In this document: positions 10,132-17,503 of the stretch, in pieces
How the letters are laid out: every line of letters starts with the position of its first letter
Position numbering within the stretch: position 1 is the stretch's first letter
Assembly (NCBI GenBank): GCA_004556395.1
Contig: SFHK01000012.1
Span: forward strand, 5,299-69,298
DNA length: 64,000 nt
Direction: 5' to 3'
From: Clostridiales bacterium
Lineage (GTDB): Bacteria > Bacillota > Clostridia > Christensenellales > Aristaeellaceae
Position numbers and translations under genes: made by a program
Notes under the pieces: model-generated
What the model was told of the DNA's origin: nothing
What the model saw: only the letters and a program-made list of their open reading frames with translations
Database searches by the model: none

Positions 10132-12024
10132 TTATTTCGCGGCGAACTCGGCGTACTCGGCCTGGGTGTAATAACCGTCAGCCTTGGTTTCCCAGTTCAC
10201 GTAGCGCTCGGACTGGTTGCCGTAAGCGGTGTAGATCTTGCTGTAGTCGCTTACACGGGTGATCGCCCAGACAACCTCGTAGGACCACGGGATGGCGAAC
10301 GCGTGCTCGAGCATGTAGGCTTCAGCCTTCGCGAACGCGGCGTAGCGAGCGTCGGTGTCATCAGTGATCGCCTTGGCGGCGTTGACCAGCTCGGTGAACT
10401 CCTTGTACTCGGCAATCAGCTTCTCATCGGTGGCGTTGTTGATCTTGGAGTAGTACTGAGAATAGTAGGCGTTGTCCTCGCCGTAGGTTTCCTGACCAAG
10501 GAAGTTGATCGGGTCAGCGAAGTCGGCGCCCCAGCCGTTGATGTAGATGGAGGCGAGCTGCGGGTCGCGAACCTCGGTGTTCAGCTTGGAAACGAAGGTC
10601 TTGGTGTCGAGCACAACCAGATCGTCGCCCAGGCAGGTCTTGATCAGGTTGGCGAACACATCGGCAGTCTCCTTCGCGGTGGTGGAGGAACCGGAGATGT
10701 AGTAGGCCATCTTCACGGGCAGCTCCACGCCGGCAGCCTTCAGCTCTTCGATGGCGGCAGCCTTGTAGGCAGCGGCCTTGTCGGCGTCGTAGCGGGCGAA
10801 CTTCTCGGTGGAGTACTGCAGACCCATTTCGTCGCGAACCAGCTGCGTGTAGTCAACGCCCTGGCTGTTCACGGCTACGACGTTGGCGGTGTAGCAGAAG
10901 TTCTGGCAGGACAGCGGGTTGATGGAGTTCGTGCGAGCCAGGTAGTTGGTGGCGTCAAGGCCGTAATACAGCGCCAGACGGAAGTTCTCGTTGGCAACGG
11001 CGGTGTTCCACGCGGTATCCGGCGTGCCGTCCTCGTTCTTCTTGTCGTAGCAGAGGTGGATCTGGTAGGAGTACTTGGTGGGACGACGCTCAACGAGGTA
11101 GTTGTGGAACGGATTGTTCTCGTCCTCGCTGATGGTCTTGAGCTTGGAAGCGCTCAGCTGAATCTGATCCAGCTCGCCGTTGGCGAACATCTCGTAGGCG
11201 ACGTCGATGGACTCGACCATCTTGATCGTCACGGTGTCAAACAGCTTCACGGAATCCTTGTTAATGTAGCTCTCGTTCTTGGTCAGAACCTTCTCGTTCT
11301 GGTAGATGTAGTTGGTGATGGTGTACGGGCCATTGTACCACATGGTCTCGTAGGTGGCGCCAAAGTAGCCGTCCACGCCGATTTCGGCGATCATGTCCGC
11401 GCTCAGCGGAGCCAGGCAGTTGTAGGTAGCCACGGACGGGAAGTAGGCCAGCTTATCCACGCAGTGATAGATCAGCGTGTAGTCGTCGGGCGCTTCGATG
11501 CCAACCATCTCAAGGAACTTGTCCAGGCCCAGCGCCTTGGCGGCGTCTTCGCCTTCGGTCTCCGTCAGTTCCTTGGTGTAGTTGTAGTAGTCCGCCGCGC
11601 CGGTGATCATCTCGATGGGCATCGAGGTGTTGGCCGACTTGTTCTTGGCGTAGTTCAGAACCCACTCCAGACCGGTGAGCCAGTCTTCGGACGTGCAGTC
11701 TGCCATGTACTCGCCCTTGTAGTCTACCCAGGTGATGCCTTCCTTCAGGTGGAAGACCCAGGTCTGGCCGCCGTCGGGAGAGGAGAAATCCTTCGCGGCC
11801 GCGGGAATCAGCTGACCCTTGCTGTCGTTGGTGAGCAGGTGCTCGTAGCAGTTGCTCAGAACGTTCAGGTCAACGGCTGCCTGAGAATAATGGTAGCAGA
11901 ACGTTTCCATTTCTCTGGCCTGCGTCTCGTAGTTGCGGAAGTTCTTGATCTCTTCTGCGGAAGCGAAATTCACGCAGCCGAAGATCAGAGCCAGCACCAG
12001 CACGAGCGTCAAAGTCTTCTTCAT
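10132..12024 (-). CDS. ABC transporter substrate-binding protein, family 5 (peptide/nickel type), probable lipoprotein
   Basis: 630 aa. Signal peptide MKKTLTLVLVLALIFGC has a lipobox-like FGC. Size and composition fit cluster-C/family-5 SBPs. It is the first gene of the opp-type operon. Confidence 0.85.
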   Translation of the reverse strand: MKKTLTLVLVLALIFGCVNFASAEEIKNFRNYETQAREMETFCYHYSQAAVDLNVLSNCYEHLLTNDSKGQLIPAAAKDFSSPDGGQTWVFHLKEGITWVDYKGEYMADCTSEDWLTGLEWVLNYAKNKSANTSMPIEMITGAADYYNYTKELTETEGEDAAKALGLDKFLEMVGIEAPDDYTLIYHCVDKLAYFPSVATYNCLAPLSADMIAEIGVDGYFGATYETMWYNGPYTITNYIYQNEKVLTKNESYINKDSVKLFDTVTIKMVESIDVAYEMFANGELDQIQLSASKLKTISEDENNPFHNYLVERRPTKYSYQIHLCYDKKNEDGTPDTAWNTAVANENFRLALYYGLDATNYLARTNSINPLSCQNFCYTANVVAVNSQGVDYTQLVRDEMGLQYSTEKFARYDADKAAAYKAAAIEELKAAGVELPVKMAYYISGSSTTAKETADVFANLIKTCLGDDLVVLDTKTFVSKLNTEVRDPQLASIYINGWGADFADPINFLGQETYGEDNAYYSQYYSKINNATDEKLIAEYKEFTELVNAAKAITDDTDARYAAFAKAEAYMLEHAFAIPWSYEVVWAITRVSDYSKIYTAYGNQSERYVNWETKADGYYTQAEYAEFAAK

Positions 12025-12098
12025 GTGGAACCCTCCTTTGAATCATTGGGAAGAGCCGCTTTCATCTTCTCTTCCCCTGCCGTTCAGCAGTTGCGTAT

Positions 12099-12127
12099 AT
12101 TATACGTAGGCGCCCCGCGTCTGTCAA
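12099..12127 (-). promoter_or_regulatory. sigma-70-type promoter of the opp-type operon
   Basis: Minus strand TTGACA (12122-12127), 17 nt, TATAAT (12099-12104), with an AT-rich tract upstream. Confidence 0.5.
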
Positions 12128-12324
12128 TAGCAAATTGCAATTTTCACATTTAAAAAATTCATTATTGCTGTCCGCGATTCGCGTACAGATTCGTTTTCCC
12201 TTGAAAAGCGCATGCGTTCATTTTTAACCGTGCATATGGATTTTCGATTTATCGATAATTCATGCTTGCAATCTGCGCGCGATGCGTATAAAATGAATAC
12301 AAACACGAATCGGAGGCGATTTTC

Positions 12325-12732
12325 ATGAAAAACCCCTTTCGCGGCACCTGGCAGCGCGCGCTTCTCAGGCCGCTGATCTATATGGCCACAAATCGCTTTT
12401 TAGCGGCGCTGGCGTTGCTTCTATTATATAACCGCTTTCTGGCGTCTCCGCTCGCGCTGCCCGGCTCCGCGGCAGTCTTGCTGGCGCTGGCGTTCGCCCT
12501 CGCCGCGTGGCTGGTGTATCTGCGCATGGACGGCGCGCACATTCCGCGCATGAAAAACGTGCGCTTCCGCCGCCGGAAGGATCCCCTTCGCAATTATACG
12601 GACATCAGCGACCATATAGACGACGCGCCGCCGACCGCGGACGATCTTGAGGACGACGAGCGCGACCTGATCAGCCTGCTGAGCAACCTGTTCTGTCTTG
12701 CAATTTTTGCGGTGCTTTCCTTCTTTCTGTAA
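12325..12732 (+). CDS. hypothetical membrane protein
   Basis: GGAGG RBS. It has three predicted hydrophobic helices and an acidic linker (DDAPPTADDLEDDERD). No recognisable family. Confidence 0.5.
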   Translation: MKNPFRGTWQRALLRPLIYMATNRFLAALALLLLYNRFLASPLALPGSAAVLLALAFALAAWLVYLRMDGAHIPRMKNVRFRRRKDPLRNYTDISDHIDDAPPTADDLEDDERDLISLLSNLFCLAIFAVLSFFL

Positions 12733-12748
12733 GGCTGCCGTTCATTCG

Positions 12749-12772
12749 GGGGATTATCTCCCCCTTTTTTTG
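12749..12772 (+). terminator. intrinsic terminator
   Basis: GGGGGA-TTATC-TCCCCC hairpin followed by TTTTTTT. Confidence 0.6.
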
Positions 12773-12828
12773 CGCCCGCGTCACATTTTCGCATTTTGGA
12801 TTGTGTTTATGGTGAAGGAGGTGAGCGC

Positions 12829-13326
12829 ATGAGAAACGGATCGCAGCGTACGGGCGATTCCGTGGCGGCGGCCATTGACCGATACGGCACGATGGTCTAC
12901 CGCCTGGCTTACGCAAGAACGCGCTCCGCAGCGGACGCCGACGACATTTTTCAGGAGGTTTTTCTGAAGCTTCTCACCCACGCGCCCGCATTTCAGTCCG
13001 ACGGCCACGAAAAGGCCTGGCTGATTCGCTCCACGGTGAACGCGTCGGTCAACCTGCTGAAAAGCGCCTGGCGGCGGCTTGAGGGCGCGCCGCTGCCCGA
13101 CTCCCCCACCGCGCCCGCGCCTCTGCGCGACGAGGCTCTTGCCGACGCGCTCGCGTCACTTTCCGCCAAATCGCGTGTCGTCATTCACCTGTATTACTAC
13201 GAAGGCATGACCACCGACGAAATCGCGGAAGCGCTGGGCGCGAAGCCCGCGTCAGTCCGCGCGCGGCTGTCGCGTGGAAGAAAGCAGCTGAAACGATTGC
13301 TGACGGAGCGGGAGGAGGAAATGTAG
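12829..13326 (+). CDS. ECF-type RNA polymerase sigma-70 family factor
   Basis: ATG 12829 follows GAAGGAGG. Region 2 (DADDIFQEVFLKLL) and region 4 HTH (VVIHLYYYEGMTTDEIAEALGAKPASVRARLSRGRKQL) are present. Confidence 0.85.
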   Translation: MRNGSQRTGDSVAAAIDRYGTMVYRLAYARTRSAADADDIFQEVFLKLLTHAPAFQSDGHEKAWLIRSTVNASVNLLKSAWRRLEGAPLPDSPTAPAPLRDEALADALASLSAKSRVVIHLYYYEGMTTDEIAEALGAKPASVRARLSRGRKQLKRLLTEREEEM

Positions 13327-14523
13327 ATGCTGAAGGAACGATACAACAAAGCGTTTGACCGCGTGAACGCGACCCAGACGCTGATTGAACAGACAAAAAG
13401 AGAGGTGTATGAAATGGCAAATCAGAAACAGATGCGCCGGGCGCGCTTCAGCGCCGCGCTGATTGCGGCAATCGTACTTACCGCCGCGCTTGCCGGTGTG
13501 GCGCTGGCGTCCGGCTGGTTCGGCTCCGTATTCTCCGCCATGAGCGGACGGCACCAGAACGGCGACCGCAGCGACTATCAGGCGCTCGAGGCCCTCGCCG
13601 ACCGCAGCGGCCAGCAGGGCGGCTTCACCTTCTCGGACGGCTCCACCTTCATCCTGCGGCTGAATGAATACTATTTTGACGGCGAGCAGGTGATTGCGGG
13701 CTTCACCATGCAATCCAACGCCGCCGGGCATATGATCGATCGAAACAGCGAGGAGTTTGCGCGCATGCAGACGTACATGCCCGAGGCTGCCCCGATGCCA
13801 AGATACGACGTCGCTCGTCGCCTGCTTCCCGACGCGCTGTACGACGCCTTCATGGCAGAATATAAGAAGGAAGGCAGCGCCTGCGCCGTCGTGTTCGACA
13901 TGTACATGGGCGACGGCGTGTCCATAAACGGCGAATACCTGTCTCCCGACATGGACGACGAAGGCGTTTTTGAAGACGGAACACGGTGGCGCTACTTCGA
14001 ATTTGAGCGTCCGCTGCCTGAGGAAATCCGTTCGCGGAAAGAATTGACGCTCAGCGCCCGCGTATACGGGCAGCGCACATTGTTCTACATGGACGAAAAC
14101 GGCGTGAAGACGGATTCGGACGTGAAAAACCGCGAGCACTTTGACGCGGAATGGACGGTGCGCCGCACGGAAGCCGACATTCGCCAGTACCGCGCCAGCG
14201 CCTCCGGCAGCGACTACGCCTCCGAAATCGAGCTGACCGTTTCCCCGGTGAACGCGCGCCTGACCATCGAAACGAAGGTTTCCGAGCGCTGGGAGAGTGC
14301 GGAGCTCGACGAATACGGCGGCCGCGACGGCATTGACTTCATCTGGATGTGGGAAATCTACGCCGACGGCGCAAAGCTCGACTCCGCCATCGAAACCGCG
14401 TCGCGCTACGGTGAAACCGCCACCTTCCCCGTCGGCAGCGCCGAAACCATCACCCTGCGTCCGGTCTACGTGATCTCCGGCGAGCACCCTGACGAGGAAG
14501 TCGTCATCCGCCTGCGCAAGTAA
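13327..14523 (+). CDS. putative anti-sigma factor (single-pass membrane protein, DUF4179-like arrangement)
   Basis: It starts on the nucleotide after the sigma stop codon. A short cytoplasmic N-terminus and one TM (FSAALIAAIVLTAALAGVALA) precede a ~330-aa extracytoplasmic domain of unknown fold. Confidence 0.6.
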   Translation: MLKERYNKAFDRVNATQTLIEQTKREVYEMANQKQMRRARFSAALIAAIVLTAALAGVALASGWFGSVFSAMSGRHQNGDRSDYQALEALADRSGQQGGFTFSDGSTFILRLNEYYFDGEQVIAGFTMQSNAAGHMIDRNSEEFARMQTYMPEAAPMPRYDVARRLLPDALYDAFMAEYKKEGSACAVVFDMYMGDGVSINGEYLSPDMDDEGVFEDGTRWRYFEFERPLPEEIRSRKELTLSARVYGQRTLFYMDENGVKTDSDVKNREHFDAEWTVRRTEADIRQYRASASGSDYASEIELTVSPVNARLTIETKVSERWESAELDEYGGRDGIDFIWMWEIYADGAKLDSAIETASRYGETATFPVGSAETITLRPVYVISGEHPDEEVVIRLRK

Positions 14524-14537
14524 ACCCAAACCCGTAC

Positions 14538-14582
14538 GCGCCGGAACCGCCCTCCATCCGCAGCGGCTCCGGCGCATTTTCC
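14538..14582 (+). terminator. intrinsic terminator (copy 1 of a duplicated element)
   Basis: GCGCCGGAACCGC...GCGGCTCCGGCGC hairpin followed by ATTTT. Confidence 0.5.
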
Positions 14583-14839
14583 TATTGTATTGCGCTCCGC
14601 TGAATATGGGAATTCCGCTCCAGCGGCACAAGGCCCTGCTTGTTCATCGGAAGCACGCCGTACAACAGCGCGACCATCGCTCTCCGGCGAATACGCCGGC
14701 AACGACTTCCTCTTCGCGTGAATATGCAAAGCCCATACCACAAACGCGCCGAATAGCCGTCTATCCGCAGCGGCTCCGGCGCGTTTCTTCCTATTATAAA
14801 ATGCGGCGGAGGATGGCTCTCCCGCCGCGCTTCGATTGA

Positions 14840-15679
14840 TTAGCCCATACCGCCCGTTTCGTAGATGATCTTCACGACCTCGCCGGTCACCGCATCGATA
14901 TACGCGCTCACATCGCCAACGATGCCGTCGCACATGAAGTTCCTATTGATTTCCCACATGCGCCGTCCCTCGCCGTTGACCACGCAGGCCATATACGGCT
15001 TGCCGGACGCCTGAAGCGCGTCCACGTCCGAGATCACGTCCTTCGCCGCTTCATAGTAGATTTCCAGCGCCTTTTCCTCGCTGAGGTCGCCCTCCCGCGG
15101 CTCGGCGTAGATAATATCCTGCATGTGCACGTTGTCCGCCGCGTCGCCGATCGTCGGCTTCAGGTATTCGCCTGTTTCCGGATATTCCGTCATGCGCCGC
15201 TTCTCAAACTCGCCGATCTTCTTCAGCTGCGCGATGATTTCGTCGTTCTTCCACGCGGTGCTCGCCTTTTCGGTGCCCTCATAGCTCCAGGTGGCGGTCG
15301 CCGTCTTGCCGTCGAACACAACCTCATATTCGCCGGTCTTTTCATCGCCGCCGAACACGACCTTCCAGCCGTCGTCGGTCTTTTCATAGCGGCCGTCCAT
15401 GAACGCGATGGCCTCGGCGTTCAGGCCGTACTTCTCCATCACGCTCGTGCGGGCCGTGTTCATCGCTTCCGCCTCCGGCGAACGGGTAATCGCCACCACG
15501 GCGAACGCGACGGCGGCCGTCAGAACGAACAGCACCGCGGCAATCAGCAGGGTCTTCACGGAAATTCGCTTGGTCATTTTCTCATCCTCCAATCGTTTCA
15601 GTACGTTTTCAGTGTGGATATTCGTCCATTCAACGCCTGAAAGCTGGGCATCCACGACCCTTTTGAACTCACTCTTCAT
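14840..15679 (-). CDS. putative anti-sigma factor (single-pass membrane protein)
   Basis: It overlaps the stop of the upstream ECF sigma by 11 nt. An N-terminal cytoplasmic segment and one TM (LLIAAVLFVLTAAVAFAVVAI) precede a ~210-aa extracytoplasmic domain. Confidence 0.55.
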   Translation of the reverse strand: MKSEFKRVVDAQLSGVEWTNIHTENVLKRLEDEKMTKRISVKTLLIAAVLFVLTAAVAFAVVAITRSPEAEAMNTARTSVMEKYGLNAEAIAFMDGRYEKTDDGWKVVFGGDEKTGEYEVVFDGKTATATWSYEGTEKASTAWKNDEIIAQLKKIGEFEKRRMTEYPETGEYLKPTIGDAADNVHMQDIIYAEPREGDLSEEKALEIYYEAAKDVISDVDALQASGKPYMACVVNGEGRRMWEINRNFMCDGIVGDVSAYIDAVTGEVVKIIYETGGMG

Positions 15680-16184
15680 CGAAATACCATCCTTCCAGTC
15701 GTTTGCGAAGCTGCTTCTCCGCGCTTTTCAGCCGATACTTGACGCTGCTCAGGCTGATGCCCAGCGCCTTCGCGATCTCGCCCAGCTTCAGATCCTGATA
15801 GTAGCGCAGAAGAATCACCTCGCGGTATCGGGGCTTCAGTTTTCTGACCTCCGTCAGCACCGTGCAGTCTGGATTCTCCGGCTCGCAGGCTCTTTCGGGC
15901 AAATCGTCCGGCGTCAGGCTGCCGTCTACTCGTCTGTGCCAGGAAGAGCGCAGGTAATCGCGGCAGGTGTTGATGGCGATCGACATCAGCCACGTTCGCT
16001 CGCTGCTCTGCCCTCGAAAGCCGCTCATCTGCCTGTACGCCTTCACAAACGCATCCTGCACCGCGTCCTCCGCCAGCGACGGATCGCCTAGCTGCAGGGT
16101 GCACATACGCAGAAGGGACGTGCCGTACTCGCGCATCATCCGTTCCAGACGAAGCTGCCTGTCCGCGCGTTCTCCGTCCTGCAT
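15669..16184 (-). CDS. ECF-type RNA polymerase sigma-70 family factor
   Basis: Start at M41 of the track ORF (ATG 16182-16184, AAAGGAGG RBS). Region 2 (AEDAVQDAFVKAY) and region 4 (EVILLRYYQDLKLGEIAKALGISLSSVKYRLKSAEKQL) are present. Confidence 0.85.
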   Translation of the reverse strand: MQDGERADRQLRLERMMREYGTSLLRMCTLQLGDPSLAEDAVQDAFVKAYRQMSGFRGQSSERTWLMSIAINTCRDYLRSSWHRRVDGSLTPDDLPERACEPENPDCTVLTEVRKLKPRYREVILLRYYQDLKLGEIAKALGISLSSVKYRLKSAEKQLRKRLEGWYFDEE

Positions 16185-16302
16185 GGCGTTTCGCCTCCTT
16201 TCACCCGTTAGACGAGGGAAACTGGAAAAAAGGTCAAAAAACAGAGAAAAAAGGGAACCGCCTCCCTCCCACCGGCATACGATGGGAAAAGGAGGCGGTT
16301 TC

Positions 16303-16488
16303 ATGAGCGCATGTCAATCCACGTCCTCAAGCCGTACATGCGGCCTGATTGCGAAAATCGCCGGGATCGTGCTGATGCTGGCGGGCGCGCTGGTTTTGTT
16401 GTTTTGCGTGCCGTGCTGGTTCTGGACGATGCTCTTAGGGCTGGCGCTGCTGGCGGGCGGGTTTCTCATTTTCCGCTTCTGCGGATAA
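16303..16488 (+). CDS. small hydrophobic protein (61 aa, two predicted TM helices)
   Basis: ATG 16303 lies 5 nt after AAAGGAGG. Product: MSACQSTSSSRTCGLIAKIAGIVLMLAGALVLLFCVPCWFWTMLLGLALLAGGFLIFRFCG. Confidence 0.45.
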   Translation: MSACQSTSSSRTCGLIAKIAGIVLMLAGALVLLFCVPCWFWTMLLGLALLAGGFLIFRFCG

Positions 16489-16543
16489 GGCCGCCCTTCG
16501 AGGGCTTCCCGTGGGAAAATCCGCCGCAGAGAACAAAAGACGG

Positions 16544-16595
16544 CGCAAAAACAGGAAGCACCGCCAAACCGGCAGCGCTTCCTGTCTTCATGACC
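16544..16595 (-). terminator. intrinsic terminator downstream of rpmB
   Basis: Minus strand ACAGGAAGCGCTGCCGG...GGTGCTTCCTGT hairpin followed by TTTTTGC. Confidence 0.6.
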
Positions 16596-16610
16596 GATGA
16601 ATCATGCGAA

Positions 16611-16802
16611 TCAGACCGCACGCTCCACCTTGCCGCTGCGCAGGCAGCGGGTGCATACGGACATGCGGGTCGCAGTTCCGTTCACAAGAACACGAACCTT
16701 CTGGGTGTTCGGAGCCCAGGTGCGGCGAGTCTTGCGATTGGAATGGCTGACGTTATTTCCGTATACGATGCCCTTATGGCAGATTTCACAGAATTTGCCC
16801 AT
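16611..16802 (-). CDS. rpmB: 50S ribosomal protein L28
   Basis: 63 aa, [38 protein letters not shown]..., a classic L28 sequence. GGAGG RBS. Confidence 0.95.
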   Translation of the reverse strand: MGKFCEICHKGIVYGNNVSHSNRKTRRTWAPNTQKVRVLVNGTATRMSVCTRCLRSGKVERAV

Positions 16803-16846
16803 CTCTCACACCTCCTTCAGGAGTTTGGCGCATCAAAACACTCGGT

Positions 16847-16875
16847 ATTATATCAGACTCCGCGCCAAAGTGCAA
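16847..16875 (-). promoter_or_regulatory. sigma-70-type promoter of rpmB
   Basis: Minus strand TTGCAC, 17 nt, TATAAT. Confidence 0.5.
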
Positions 16876-16926
16876 GTGAATTTCGTATGAATTTCGAGTT
16901 TTCGTGTAAAAATACGGAGAAACAAG

Positions 16927-16955
16927 TTGCGCCGCGCGCGAAAAGGGGCTACAAT
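16927..16955 (+). promoter_or_regulatory. promoter-like element P1 upstream of asp23-family gene
   Basis: TTGCGC, 17 nt, TACAAT. It is part of a ~30-nt direct duplication with P2. Confidence 0.4.
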
Positions 16956-16998
16956 AGCATGGGATGTGTTTTGAACGCCTTCCCTTTCGCGGACGCAC

Positions 16999-17027
16999 TT
17001 GCGCCCGCGCGCGAAAAATGCTATAAT
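16999..17027 (+). promoter_or_regulatory. promoter-like element P2 upstream of asp23-family gene
   Basis: TTGCGC, 17 nt, TATAAT. Confidence 0.5.
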
Positions 17028-17101
17028 AGTAACGGCGCAGCGTCTATCTGCGCGGCGCGGCAGGACGCCGTCGCCTCATTCCGGTCTTGGAGGTTTGAAA
17101 C

Positions 17102-17452
17102 ATGGACTGCAAGTTTACGACAGGTCTTGGACTTGTAACCGTCAATGAAGAAGTCATTCTAAAGGTGGCCGGTTATGCCGCGCTCGAATGTTACGGGATC
17201 GTGGGTATGGCCTCCAAGCGTACCACGGATGGAATCGTTCAGCTTCTGGGCATTGAAAACCTGGCGCGCGGCGTTCGCGTGCACATGGCGGACGACCACG
17301 TCGACGTGGATCTGTACATCATCGTTGAATACGGCATCTCCATTTCCGCCGTAGCGGCCACCCTGATCGACACGGTGAAATATAAGGTCGAGCACCTGAC
17401 AGGCGCGAAGGTCAGCAAGGTGAATGTCTCCGTGGAGGACATTCGCGTGTAA
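17102..17452 (+). CDS. Asp23/Gls24-family envelope stress (alkaline shock) protein, YloU-like
   Basis: 116 aa. VILKVAGYAALECYGIVGMASK ... VDLYIIVEYGISISAVA pattern of the Asp23 family. It sits in the conserved position between rpmB and yloV. Confidence 0.85.
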   Translation: MDCKFTTGLGLVTVNEEVILKVAGYAALECYGIVGMASKRTTDGIVQLLGIENLARGVRVHMADDHVDVDLYIIVEYGISISAVAATLIDTVKYKVEHLTGAKVSKVNVSVEDIRV

Positions 17453-17503
17453 AATACGCGCGCCGCAGAAGAGCAGCAGGCTTGACCCGGCGGCGCTGGA
17501 GGA

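Noticed and set aside
12139-12153. CodY-box-like sequence AATTTTCACATTTAA upstream of the opp-type promoter
   Set aside because: - Only the 5' half matches AATTTTCWGAAAATT (about 9 of 15 positions).
- That is not enough to call a site in an AT-rich spacer.
14585-14839. 84-aa plus-strand ORF between the convergent anti-sigma genes
   Set aside because: - It is Arg/Pro/His-rich with no RBS.
- It lies between two terminator-like repeats.
- I treat it as non-coding; see the finding on the duplicated element.
16311-17138. 275-aa plus-strand ORF spanning the rpmB region
   Set aside because: - It runs antisense through rpmB and across two promoter regions.
- It has no RBS and an Ala/Arg-rich composition.
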